A stretch of 64,000 bases of DNA, taken from Mobula hypostoma. Taxonomy: Eukaryota. Position 1 is the first letter of the stretch. Each line of letters opens with the position of its first letter. The stretch covers positions 200,882,001 through 200,946,000 of the forward strand of contig NC_086097.1 in assembly GCF_963921235.1 (NCBI RefSeq), read 5' to 3'. The notes beneath the pieces were generated by a model. The model was not told where the DNA came from. It saw only the letters and a program-made list of their open reading frames with translations, and did no database searches. Made by a program: the position numbers and the translations under genes. Shown here one piece after another: positions 37,548 to 50,607 of this stretch.

Positions 37548-39000
37548 AAAGCCAAAAGCTGAAAGAGATTTTTTGTATCTGTATTTACGCAGGAGATGGA
37601 CAATTGGTCTATTGAAGTGAGGCGAAGCAGCAGCGAGGTCATGGACCAATTAGGGTATGTAAATCCCCAGGGCCTGACAAGATATTCCCTTGGACCCCGT
37701 GGAAGGCAAAAGCAGTGGCCCTAGCAGGTTATTTAAAATATCCTTAGCCACAGGTGAGGTACCAGAGGACTGGGGGATAGCTAATGTTGTTCTGTTGTTT
37801 AAGAGAGGAACTAAGAATAAAACAGGAAATTCTAGGCTGGTGAGCCTGACACCAGTAGTGGAAAAGTTATTGGAAGGTATTCTAAGGAACCAAATATATA
37901 AATATTTAGATAGAAAGGGATTGATTAAAGATAGTCAACATGGCTTTGTGTGTTGTAAATCACATCTAATCAATCTTATAGATTTTTTCAAGGAAGTTAT
38001 CAGGAAAGTTAATGAAGGCAAGACAGTGGATGTTGTCTACATGGACTTCCACAAAGCCATTGACAAGGTCCCACATGGAAGGTTGGTCAAGAAAGTTCAA
38101 TTGCTTGGCATTCAAGTTGGGTAATACTTTGGATTAGACATTAGCTTTGTGGGAGAAGCCAGAGAGCGGAGAGACTGGAGGCCTGTGATTAGTGGTATGC
38201 CACAGAGATTGGTTCTAAATCTATTGTTATTTGTTATCTACAGTACATCAATAATCTGGATGACAATGTAGTAAACTGGATCAGAAAATTTGCGGATGAC
38301 ACCAAGAAATGGAGATAAAATGGACAGCGAGGAGGATTATCAAAGCTTGCAGCAGGATCTAGACCAACTGGAAAAATGGGCTGAAAAAATGGCAGATAGA
38401 ATTTAATGCAACAAGTGTGTGATGTTGCACTTTGGGAGGAGCAACCAGGGTAGATCTTACATGATGGGCAGTAGGGCACCGAGGAGTGCAGTAGAACAGA
38501 GGAATCTGGAGTTGGGATCTTGTAATGAAATTTTATAAGACATTGGTGCAGCTTAATTTGCAGTATTGTGTGTAGTTTTGGTGACCTACTTACAGGAGAG
38601 ACGTAAATAAGTTTGAGTGAGTGCGGAGAAAATTTACAAGAATGTTGGCCGGTCTGGAGGACCTGAGTTGTAAGGAAAGTTTGAATAGGTTAGGAATTTA
38701 TTCCTTGGAACGTCGGTGATTGAGAGGAGATTTGATAGGGGTATACAAAATTATGAGGAGTATAGACAGGGTAAACGCAAGAAGGCTTTTTCCACTGAGG
38801 TTGGGTGAGACTACAACAAGAGGTCATGGGTTAAGGGTGAAAGGTGAATTGAGAGTGTGGAACAAGCTGTCAGTGCAAAGGGTGGATGTGAAGTCGATTT
38901 CAACATTGAAGAGAAATTTGGGTAGGTGCATGGATGGGAGGGATATGGAGGGCTATGGTCCAGGTGCAAGTTGATGGGTTTAGACAGATTAATGTTTTGG
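37548..39000 (+). mobile_element. Nested CR1-like LINE RT (opposite orientation)
   Basis: GEVPEDWGIANVVLLFKRG...SQHGFV...VDVVYMDFHKAIDKVPHGRL, FADDTK and RGDLIGVYKIM motifs. Confidence 0.93.
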
Positions 39001-40973
39001 TAAAGACTTCATATTTCATCTTTTCTTCCCTTTATTAAGTTTTTTGTTGTCTTCTGCTGGTTTTTAAAGGCTTCCCAATCCTCTAGCTTCCCATTCATTT
39101 TTGCAATATTGTATGCCCACTCTTTTGTTTTTATGCTGTCTTTGACTTCCTTTATCAGCCACGGTTGCCTCATCCTCCCTTTAGAATACTTCTTTGAGAT
39201 AATCCTCATCTTCCGAATTACCCCCAGAAGCTCCTGCCATTGCTGCTCTAATGTTATCCCTACTACAATACCTTGCAATGAACTTCGGCCACCTTCTCTC
39301 TGGTACCACTGTAGCCCCCTTTACTCAAGTGTAATGATTATCAATCCAACATTAGCTACTTACACTCAAACTGCAGGATCAATTCTATCATACTATGATC
39401 ACGGTCTCCTCAGTGTTCTTTCACCTTAAGCTCCCTAATGAAATCTGTATAATTGCACAATGCAAAATCCAGAAATACTTTTTGACCATATTGCTGTAAA
39501 AGGCTATCTTCTAGGCATGCTACAAATTTCTTCCCTTGGGATCCAATACCAACTTAATTTTCCCAGTCTACCTACAGATTGAAGTCCTCCAAGGCCACTG
39601 TAAGTCTCCCTTCTTTTATGTTTTTCCCACCTCATTATAATTTGTGCCCACATCTTAGCTACTACTCAGACACCTATACATAACTCCCCTCTGGGTCTTT
39701 TTACCCTTGTAGCTTCTTAACTCGACTCACAGGGATTCTGCACCTCCTGATCCTATACCACCTCTTGCTAAAGAGTTGATTTTACTTCTTTACCAACAGA
39801 GCCACAACGCCCACTCTGCCCACTTGCCTGTCTTTTCAACAGGATGTATTTCATTGATCCCATTGTAATTATCTGCTCTACCATGAATGCCTGCAAGAAA
39901 ATGAACTTCTTGTAGACATACACACAGTTTGATAAATTTACTTTGAACTTTGAACTATGAACTGTCCTTGGATGTTTAGCTCCCAGCTTTGATCTTCTTT
40001 CAGCCATGACTCTGTAATCCCTACACATTGCACCTGCAATTTCCAACTGCTCATCTACCTTATTTCATACTTTGTGTGCATTTAAATACAATACCTCCAA
40101 TTCAGTATTCACCTTTCCCCTTATCAAATTTGTCTCTATCTTGCCTCAAGTTAAATTCTTATCCCTTTCAAAATGTTCTGTCTGACTTTTTTTAATTCTG
40201 GGGACTTAAATAACCTCAACGATTGGCATCATCACAGAAGATCTAATATTCACTAAAGGTACCAGTCTCCCTGAAGCTACATGGAGCAGGGTAGAGTTGA
40301 TGCCACACAGCCAGACCAAACACACCATAAAATTTCAATAATTGGAAACCGGTAAATGTTGGTTAATCCAAGCCCTGATAACTGTCCAGCAAAAACTTGC
40401 AGACTGGGAGTGAGAGCATAGAATGGGTCATTTCAGGAAAGGATACATGGTGCAAGTGCCTCTGGGTTTAGAGGTGTGCGGCATTCAGGTTAAACATCTC
40501 GCAGATATCTGTTTTGTTGGGAAGAGAGTACATTGGGGAGAAAAGGGAGGAGACACCCAACCCATGCCGGGCCCAATCCACCACAAACGTGCCACAGCTA
40601 CCACCTCTCTCCTCCTAGGTGAGGGTTGCCATAGAAATGGATTGCTTAATGAAAACATTCAACAGTCACTTCTACCCGCGCTGAAGGCTTGGATTGACCT
40701 GCTATAGGAAAAAAGTAGGTTAACCGTGTTGAGGATTTCTTCAATGCCAATTTATGGGCGTGATTAATGACGTTATTCGTGTCTAACGGTATTGCCCCTA
40801 AACTATATATTTTTGTTTTAAAATATTAACAATAGCTTACGTTTTATTATTCTAAAGACTTCGGGTTAAACTGAGATCAGGGTAATGAAAATCCAACAGG
40901 AAGGCAGAGTCAGCCCTGTCGAGGTGTAGTCTCTGAGCCCTCAAACTGAGGATAGAAAGACATGCAATCTCAC

Positions 40974-41824
40974 CTGCTGGCCATGCTCTGGCGGCAGTGT
41001 TGTCGGAAGGGCATGAGGTGGTAGTTCATAGCGTCCAGCAGGAGTTTCTGGCAGACCGGGTCGCTCCGCATGAAATCGACCGACTGCACCCTCTCGACCA
41101 GCTCGGTGGCGGGGATGAGGGCGAAGCGGAGCCGCTTCATCAGGTCCGGGGCGTACTGCATGCGAGTCTCCCGGTCGTGTTCGAGCCAGAGCACGGACAT
41201 CTGGAAGAGAGCAAGCTCCGACTCCACAGGTGGCGGCATCGAGTCCATCATGGCGCAAACCTCCTCGAAATTCAACAGCAGGATGTCCTCCACGAAGTAT
41301 TTGTTGGCCAGCTTCTTGGTCTCGTCCAGCCCGTGGATGGCAGCGATCTGGCAGATCTGCTTGTAGTTTTGCATCGATATCTGGTCGTTGAGGAACTGGA
41401 CGCAGAGTTTGGTGACAGGGGGGATGTGCAGGATCTTGCTGACCGAAAGCACGTCCTCCACCGTATCGAGAGACAGTGTCATGTTGGCTGTGTAGATGTA
41501 CTCCAGGACCAGGCAAACCCCCGTGGCCGAGCAGCCCTGCAGGACGATGTTGTTGATAGACCTGCTGATGTCCTCGGCCGGGGATGAAGGGGTCCGGCTC
41601 CCCGATTCGTTCGTGCTCTCTTTGCACTGGCTGTTAGAGAAAAGCGATCGGAAATACTGGGAACAGGAAGCCAGCACTGCTTTGTGGCAATGGAACTGCT
41701 GGCTCTGGGCTGTCAGAGTCACATCACAGAAAAGCTGCTTCCTCCACAGTAGGTTGAGGCCGTGCAGGAGGTTATCACTATGAGATGGGTCGAAGGTGGA
41801 CGTTCTGTCACCAGATCTTGACAT
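40974..41824 (-). CDS. KLHL14: Kelch-like protein 14, first coding exon (BTB + BACK domains); 851 nt, ends in phase 2
   Basis: Translation MSRSGDRTSTFDPSHSDNLLHGLNLLWRKQLFCDVTLTAQSQQFHCHKAVLASCSQYFRSLF...CQKLLLDAMNYHLMPFRQHCRQSMASR matches vertebrate KLHL14 as I recall it. ATG at 41824. Upstream acceptor ctttttcag|G puts the exon start at 41846. Donor CAG|GTGAG follows 40974. Confidence 0.97.
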
Positions 41825-42540
41825 GGTATCTAACTTTGTACACCTCCTGAAAAAGGGCACACATTTCACACAGTCATTTCACAGGCATTCTTTTTTTCCC
41901 GTGACAAACATTGCGATGTAAGTAAAGCGAGGTTTCTTGGACCGGAGCTTCATTAAAGGGGAAAGAAAATGTTTTATTATTGTTACAAAAGAAGCGTGTT
42001 GTGTGCGAAATTTCTCTGGATTTAAGCCCTTGCACTAACGTTTCCTTTTTCTTTCCTCGGTTTTAAGCGGCACACTGTGTGAATGGAAGTCACCCCTGCA
42101 TGTTTGCCCTAATAAACATTAAAGAAACACATCAGGTACAAATCGCGGGGCCTTTTGCGTTCAAGGTTTGTTTTTTTTTGCTAAAGCAGACCGCAAATGA
42201 AATAGTTAAAGTTGCATGTTTAAAGCAAAAACGACCGATATATACAAAAAGACCCGTGTAGTTGTTTGCTATAAGTGGGTGTAATAACAGACGTCAGGGG
42301 TCAGATTCTTAACAGAAATAAACTTCAAAAATCGGAAGCAGCGCCTTACTAAGTAAAGCCGCCGAGCTTCCATGGTGCATATTGCATGCACGGATCTCCT
42401 CTTTAAATTTAGCAGTGGCCCCGTCTGAGCAAGCTCCTGTCCATGGATCCTCACATTCCTGTTTTTTACCAAGGCACCTGTCACAGCCTCATCTCCCCAG
42501 TGTTTCCCACTCGTCTCCAACGCAGAGGCCACAAACTTAC

Positions 42541-42995
42541 CTGTATACACTGGGCTGCAAACTAGCGTCCACTTCGATCGGATCCTCACTTTTATATTAT
42601 TTTTTCTCCTTTTTTCTTTGCTTCGATCCCCCAGTAAAATCCGTATCCGATCAAGCTCCACGCGTTGCAACTTCAGCAGTTACGCTTGCGAGGTTTTTTT
42701 GTCGTTCATCATTTGATATACTGTCTCCAGAATTAGCAACAGCAAGAAGTCTGAGAGCAGCTTTCGCAAAAAAATGTACGTGTGACAAATTATGCTACCA
42801 AGAAACAACACATCATTATCCTTGGGCCTGGGATTCAGTGAGTCGTAACAAGAGTAATAGGAAATCCACGGTTGGGGAGAGAAACGGTCGTGCATCGCCA
42901 GTGAAGAGTGACCACGGAGGGGCTGGATGCTGGAGAGAGTTTTAAAATTATGGCTCAAGGCTATTGTAAAATTGTCGTGCGTAAATGACTGCGCA
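42541..42995 (-). other. KLHL14: Probable non-coding first exon (5' UTR) of KLHL14; 5' end approximate
   Basis: Consensus donor CAG|GTAAGT at 42541/42540 lies ~700 bp upstream of the 41846 acceptor. The region is CpG-enriched. The TSS is inferred ~30 nt from the TATA motif. Confidence 0.6.
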
Positions 42996-43130
42996 GTCAA
43001 ACATCTTAGAAAAGCAGTCCCCTTTATAAAGAACCGTCAAGTTTTAGTGCGCATTGCTAATTAGTCAATTTCTCTTTCCTTCACAGCCTAGCGACTTCAG
43101 CTGAGCTGAAACTGCTAATTCTGTGACCAC
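42990..43130 (-). promoter_or_regulatory. Candidate KLHL14 core promoter
   Basis: Palindromic CTTTATAAAG (TATAAA on both strands) at ~43022-43031, TAATTA homeodomain-type site at ~43058, TGCGCA motifs; CpG-rich and TE-free context. Confidence 0.5.
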
Positions 43131-46100
43131 GCTTCTCTCTCTGGGTGAATGAATATCTCACAGGAAAAAAAAGACTCTGTCCCACAAAATATTTTTCTCC
43201 TCATCTTTCACATGCATGGATTTATGAAGGTGGATGAACAATGCAATCTTCAGATGATGGCACAAACTTTCTTACCATTTTATTGCCTATGCAGTTGCAT
43301 AAGATGACAAACCAGCACAGTACTGTCTGCAATAATGAATTGCACGGATTCTATCCCATTAATACTGTTGATGCATTGAAACAAAGAAATGATTATCCAC
43401 TTGATATTACGATCGTTGGAAATTATCAGATTGTCTTGTTAATGTCTTGGTAATACTGACATTTTGTTATTAAGACTTTCTCTTTCAATTGCATCAGATG
43501 ACATACATTGTCAGACTAACACTGCTATAATGAATTAGTCTAGTTTATATTACACTAACACCATTGCGGCATAAAAGCATAGAAGTTATTATCCCACTCT
43601 TATCATATTTATTTAATATAAAGCAGATTGTCTTTATAGTGTATCCAAGTACAGGAAAAAAAAACACAAAGAGCACGTCTCCTCGTTGCTGAACTGAATA
43701 CAACAAAATGCATGGGGCATTAATATAGCACATGTGTGTTAAATTGATGGTTCACTGCTTTAAAGACACCAGTTGTAATGTTTACATCCCCAGAATAAAG
43801 AAAGCAGTTTTAGGATGTGCAATTACATTCCTTTCAGTGTGTTCAACCAAATTCACTTAGTTTCGGTGTATTGCCATTGATGAAGTATTTAGCATATGCC
43901 TAATGCTGAATATTTAAAGACACAAAAGAGAAACTTTAAAAAAAAATCCCCTGCCGTTCCAATGTAAATGGATTGGAGATTTGAAACCTGGAGTCCCAAT
44001 AAGATGAGACCTATATTTTGTGCCAAAACATGCAAAATGCTTTTCATTCATTTAACACACATAAATATCGTGCTGTTTTGCATAAAATATAGGATGACTC
44101 GTCAACGCGGCTGATCTTTATTGATCAGTCCTTAACTAAAAGCAGTCCCTATTTTGCCCAGTAAACGTCTGAAGCCAGACGACTATGTCCGTTTCTGATT
44201 TATAGGATTCCTGAGGTTCTGACTCCTGCAGGAGGTCCATAGGCGTGTCAACGCCTTGCAAAGATGTTTGTTAACACCACTTCAAGCCGATAGAAATTTA
44301 ATAAAATGATCCAGGAACCATACATTAAACAGACATGAAAACTCAAGTAAATTAGCAATTCAGCAACACTTTATCCAAGGTGATTGTATGTGGATATGCA
44401 TGAGGTGTCGTTATATCTCGGTTTTTCTAAATCAGCATCAGAAACATGTAGCCGAACAATCACTTGGGGTTGGGGCTGGGTATCAACATTTGTAGACCAG
44501 AAATCTCCCAGACACAGTTTTACCTTCTGGGTTTAGCACGAAACGTATGCTGCAGGCAAAGTATTATTTTTCTAAATCGAAGATGTCAGATGGTCACGGA
44601 AATGTGACTGCCTGTTCTAGACCACTGCCTAGATTCTTCAATTTGTGGCTTGTGACGAATCGTTCTAAATGTTCTAACTGTAAATTCTGGGTCGTGTGCC
44701 TGTAAAAGAATGTTATCGGTGGTTTAAACACAGATCTGTCTTATTTAATAGTTTTGGCAATTTCAAATTATTCGTACGTTAAAGGCTCACTGCCATTAAC
44801 GATAGAGAGTTTGATTTGATTTTTTTTCCTTTAATAATTTCGCAACCATCGCTTGCTGCATTCAACTCGGAGAAGGCTCTGTGCCAACTAATTGGAATCG
44901 TGTATTTTTCTGAGTGACACCAGAATAATAGAGATTATTTTTCAATGACGCTCAAAACACCAGGCAACATCAAAATTCAGTGGAGGAGAGTCTACCACTG
45001 ATATTTTTTTTCTTCCAAAACCTGTCAGTGACCAGTGCACCATCTCCACTCCTAACTTGGGGAGTTGTGTAAAACTGGAAGCTCTTTGCTGGCTCCAACA
45101 TTTCTCCCCTGTGATCTTTTCATGTGCCTGGCTCTAATACCCTTGTCATCCACCCCCACTACAATTTCTGCAGATTGTCAGGCCATGGGAAAAACACAAT
45201 ACTTTCTATTGTTTAAAGGCAACTGTTTAATGCATTTTCTTTTTGCAGCCCACAAACGTTTAAGAGGATCATCTTCATACACAAAGTTTGATTAGTTCAA
45301 TGCACTACTAAATCATATGTTGTGCCCAGTGTGTCACATTTTATAAACACCATACAGAATATATATAATATTTTGGTAGAGTTCTATAGGGGCAGAAATT
45401 TCAAAAATCTAATTCTGCGACGTCAGTTTCTCTTGGAGGCAATGATTAAACACAATTTACAGTAGAGGGAAATGAATTTAAGAACCTTACGGACAACCAT
45501 TACGAGTAGCTCAAGTGCACAACTGACTTTTAAAATGCTCCCCATACTTTTGCGCCAGAAAACTTGTGACCAAAAGGTTCATCAAAATCACATTTGATAT
45601 GAATGAGTTGCATGTTCACTGCTTCCAGTCATTAAATACGGAATGCTACACTTGTTTCAGGTTGATGAAATCTAAGGCCTTACATGCTATGCAACCAAGA
45701 TCATGATAAGGGGAATGTGATTTTATTATTAAGAAGCTAAGAGGTGACAGAGCTTCAGAAATGCAAATGTTACAACATAATATTATTGCTCCTTACTGTG
45801 AAAAGCATAACTCACACATTGAACAATTGCAGTTGCAAATGACGATTTAAGAGCCCATCCAGTCTTATATAATTCATTTTCTACATTTCTGTTTTGGGTT
45901 CATGTAAGAAGGTAATCTTCATAAGAAAACCAAAATTCTCCTTTTAAGGATATGTGTACCCTGATATAGAATTTTTAAACAATCATTCCCCATTTATGGG
46001 TTGGCTAATGGAAATCAAGGATGATGCCCACATAATTTTCCAAAGACATGGCAGATCACATTGTCAGACAAGGCAGTGAATTTTAAACCAACAACCTGAT

Positions 46101-46921
46101 GCACTACCACTGAATTATATACTGAAGTGGCAAATCATGGCAAGGTGAGTGAGTGGACAAACACAAAAATAATTTAAAAAAACAAATAGGCATTTTAAAA
46201 TGCATATTTTTGGTCATTTATTTCTCAGCTGCATGATATGTGATGTTACATGTACACGTGATACTGTTTCATAAACCTTCCTATGTGAAGTTGTATCCAA
46301 ATAATATAAAGTTTGCATGCTACATTCAGTAGTCTTGTCAGATCCAAAGATTGGGAAGGCCGTATTATTTGAACAGCCATAACTACAGGTGAAGTGGTGA
46401 GAGAAACTGCAAATCACCAGCCTGCCTCTTACCCAAGCCTCATAATCCTATCTAATTCCTTGCTCACATATAATCTTACTGTTATTTAAAAGAAAGAATC
46501 CTATTTTGGTAAACGTTTAGACTCTCAATTGATCTAATCAAAATTCAGAGCAAAAATATTTGGGTACTTTAATTTCTAGCTATTTAAATTTTTTAATTAT
46601 TGCATTTTAAACAATGTTTAACATTAAAAATAGAATTTTATATACAGGATTATAGAATCATTGAATTGCTACGGTGCTGAAGGAAACTATCAGACCATAA
46701 GGTCTCATGTACAGCATTTCACTCAGATCCTTTACTCCATTATTTCCCAGTCATTTTTTTCACTTCAAATATTAATTTGATTTTCTTTTGAAAATTACAC
46801 TTAAATCTGAATCCACCACACATTCTACATTAACTCCAAACCTCTTGCCAATGCTCTTTAATCTATGTCCCTTGTCCTTGAACCCTCCATCAACGGGATA
46901 CTTTTTCTCTAATTCATCATT

Positions 46922-47255
46922 GCCATAATGTGCTGTGTCGTATGATGTAGTCTTGGCAAATTTTTCTACAGAAGTGTTTTGCCATTTCCTTCTTCAGCAA
47001 AGTGCCTTTACAAAGCGGGTGACCCCAGCCATTCTCAATATTCTTCAGAGATTATCTGCCTGGTAAAGTTCTTGCATAACAGGACTTTTGATATGCACCA
47101 GTTGCTCATACGGCCATCCACCACCTGATCACATGGCTTCGTGTGACCCTGATCAGGTAACTAATCAGGTACTACACCTTGCTCAAGAGTGAACTGCAGA
47201 CAAGTGGAAGGAAGGAGTGACTTGCACCTCCTTTGGTAGAAACATATCTCCACCC
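46922..47255 (-). mobile_element. RTE/BovB-related short non-autonomous element nested in a CR1 3' remnant
   Basis: Minus strand contains GAAGGAAATGGCAAAACACTTCTG...TTGCC, resembling the BovB/Sauria-SINE motif GAAGGAAATGGCAACCCACTCCAG...TTGCC (recalled consensus). CR1-like sequence lies on both sides. Confidence 0.55.
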
Positions 47256-50200
47256 TACCAACCATTCTCTCTGATTATGGTTTATAATGCCATCATAATC
47301 TTGGACCACTCTATTAAGTCTTCTCCACTGAAAAGAGAAAGGTTCTAGGTTCTCCAGTTTGTCCTGGTAACTGAAATCCCTCACCTCTGGAACTATTCTG
47401 GTAAATGTCTCATGTCAGAGAGCCAAAATGATGGTGGTGCCCATTATTCTAGTGTTTCGTGAAAGATTTGCCAATTATCTTAAATCTGTGCTCTTTGATT
47501 ACTGACCATTCATCCACTGATAAAAGATTTTCCTTATTTACTATATCAAATGCCTTCATGATTTTGAACAAATATTAACCCTTTCCTTAATCTTCTGTGC
47601 ACTAAGTAGCTCTATATATAAAATAAAATCGTTCTGCAATACTTCCAGCTGATGTATAATATCACCAACTAGAGATTCTATCTATGAAGTTCTAACTAAT
47701 CTTTGCTAAACCAGCCAAATTCAAAGCTATGTTGGGAGAATCCACCAATTCCAAAATCCATCTTCACAATGATACTTAGTTGATAGAATTCAGCATTGAG
47801 AAAACAGACTTATTACTGATATTGCTATCATTTATATTCTTTCTCTTTACATTATATTTTCACTGTAATGAAGGAAACATAAGTTCTACAAGATCATATA
47901 AAAGGGAAATGAGGGAAACCACCATTAACAGGGCTGTGACTTTTAACTGAGAATGCAAATTATGCTTTGGAAATATTGAGAAGACTGGAATCTGAGTGAT
48001 GTTGGGGTAAAGTTGTCGGGATTTGATTATGGTACCTGTGTACTACTGGTCTACTTGTAATTCTATAAGCACTGGTACTTAGCAGCCAGCTTTAGGTTCC
48101 TTTGTCCATCATGCGTAACAAATCACAAGTAGCATTGGTACAAATTCTACCATTTGCATTGTCTTTTGAAATGGATGAAGCGTCACGTTGGTTTTCAGCA
48201 CAAGTTACTGACCCATTTAGAGAGGGTCATATCTCTTCAGACTTTGAAGTCTATGGCTTAGAAATTATATTTAGTAGCATTTGCGGCCAAAGGCTTAACA
48301 TATTCATGTGACATTTATTTGCCTGCTACTTTAGCAATAATGTACCATATAAAAAAAATTAATGGAGTTCATTGCTGCATTAAAATAATGGATGGTAGAA
48401 TGTCATACAAACATGTAAAATGTTTATTAGCTAATATCACTACCAGTAATCTCTTGGTTTACAAGATTATTTTTCATCCTTTTAATGCCTTACTGTGGGT
48501 TGCACATAGTTTCTGAGGAGCTTGATGAACCCATCCTAAGAAATGGATCTTTATGCTCATTAGTTCCAGCAGAGAAAATTTCCACAATGGACTGTTTTTT
48601 GTCATCTTGGTTATGCATGGATTAAGTTCCAAAGTTGAATGGCCAGTCTCTGAGATGTAATTTTTCCCAACAGCAAGGAAGTCAAAGAAAGCACGGACTT
48701 TACTTTGCATTTTATAAAAAGAGATTAAGATTATGATCAATTACAATAATTTCACATTTTTTGTGTGTTACAAATAACTGGCAACTTAGTAAACTTATCT
48801 ATAGAATGATGCTTTCTTCCAGAAGTGACATTAAATCACTTTAATAAAAAATTATCATTACACTATTCTGAAAAGCAGGAGAGTTCTCATATTCTCTGGT
48901 CAATATTAATTCTCAATGAACATGACTAAAACTGATTATCAGGTCAATATCTCATTTTGTTGTGTAAACTGGCAAATTAGCAACTATGCTCGGAATCAGT
49001 AGTCACCAGTGAAATGCCGACTACATTTCTATAGCACCTCGTTGGCTTCACGGCAGACTGAGGTCATGAAAATCATCTTAGATGTGTTGGTTTGTTGCCT
49101 GCAGTTAAGAGAATAAACTTACAGAGTTGTCTTAGGATAGTGCTATGAGGCTGTGGGAATATTCATTTTTTTCCCCTTTTTTTTCTTTCTTTATGCCAGT
49201 AGGACATTTGTGTAGCACATTCAGAGTAGCTTGCAAATGCAATTCAAATGAATGGAGATCAATCAGATGACAACAAAATTTCTGCACCAATTGTGTTCAA
49301 TTTTATTTATGTGAAAGTGGATTTGATTTGCCCAAACTTATTTGAGCAGGGAATTTTGTACTTTATTTGTGTGGAGTGAAACCCAGGTCGCTCTGATACC
49401 AAAGGCAACTCTATCTACATTCCATTTGTCATTTCATCCTGTTGTTTTTGTATTCCATTGCCATCTTGAAAAGGTTACATCGTTATCCTCTGGATTTTAA
49501 AAAAAAATTTTAACATTAGGCAGGAGCTTAATCACTTATTTAGAGTTAATCTGCCATAATTAGATAAAGTAACATTTTAAAAACAAATCAGTTACTAAAA
49601 TAAGATACATTTCTTCCATTTTTTAATATGCATTATCCATTCTAATACTGCAAGATTCTAACTTATTATTATGAAAACACATAAACTAACCCTTTCTGTA
49701 AACCTGCATCCACCGTTCACTGTGTGAACACAAAATTACTAGTGCAGGCTTAAACATTGAAGAAAAATTACGTTTCTAATTATTATTAAGTCCTGATAGA
49801 AATATTAAGCACACTTCATCCTTAATAACTTATAAATAAAAATAATTTTGCAATAATTTGATGTAAATAGATGTTTGCATTCAATGTCCACTCCTACTGT
49901 GTATCAGAGTTACTGTTGTGTCAGAATTAGGCAATAGCAATTTTTTGAACAGCAGTAAATACAAACATTTACTGTGACAGAAAAAAGATGGGTTGAGATT
50001 ACCAACCTTGCTTTTAATTCTAACCTTGTGACATCGGTTAGATTTTAAATTTCAATGTTTTATTCATGTCATGTTATATAAATATTTCAGAGTTTATGTC
50101 CATGAATAAGTTTGTCCTAACAATCTCATCTAATAAGACTTTAACCTGCACTATTTGGAAATATAAGCCTTGTTTGCCAACCGTGATTGTCAATTACACA

Positions 50201-50607
50201 AGGCCACCAACAGCTTGTGCTTCCATTTCCTGCTGTTCAACAACGTTCATCGCTGTATCACCTAGAATTTGTGTTTCACATTCCTGCACTACGTCATTTC
50301 CATATTGTTTATTTTTTCATTAAAATAATGAATGTTTGAGTATAATTCTTTCCAACAAAAGCCTCTAAAGGACAAAGGCTTCTTTATAGTTATTATCAAG
50401 TTCCTGTGCACAATTCATTAATTTAAATTTTGAAGCTTCTCTGTGTACAAATATTGTCTAATGGAGTCAAACTAAAACATTTCTAAATGCTACAAAGATG
50501 CAGACACCACTGATTGTTAAGGCATTCAAAATTCACTTCAAGCGATGATATATGCTTTACCCTCGAAATAATTTGTTAGTTACATCTGTGGAATCGTGAG
50601 AATCGTG

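Larger units (their letters stand above)
34733..40220 (-). mobile_element. CR1-like LINE ORF2 remnant split by nested insertions (segments ~34733-36197, ~37281-37547, ~39007-40220)
   Basis: 3' tail (TAAGACCA) at 34733; MVNLWNSL, ALEKIRGKFVRLILGMKGL and QPWLIKEVKDSIKTKE motifs. The segments are collinear with the 59.3-63.3 kb copy. Confidence 0.85.

Noticed and set aside
40941..41783. Long overlapping ORFs (228 aa minus, 196 aa plus, others) over the KLHL14 exon
   Set aside because: Expected shadows of a GC3-rich coding exon; no recognisable protein and no independent signals.
41825..41869. N-terminal extension MKCVPFFRRCTKLDT in the ORF track
   Set aside because: It runs across the splice acceptor at 41847/41846; the conserved start is the ATG at 41824.
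42269..43000. ORFs of 106-187 aa near the promoter
   Set aside because: Non-ATG starts, no homology recognised; they span the inferred UTR exon and intron.
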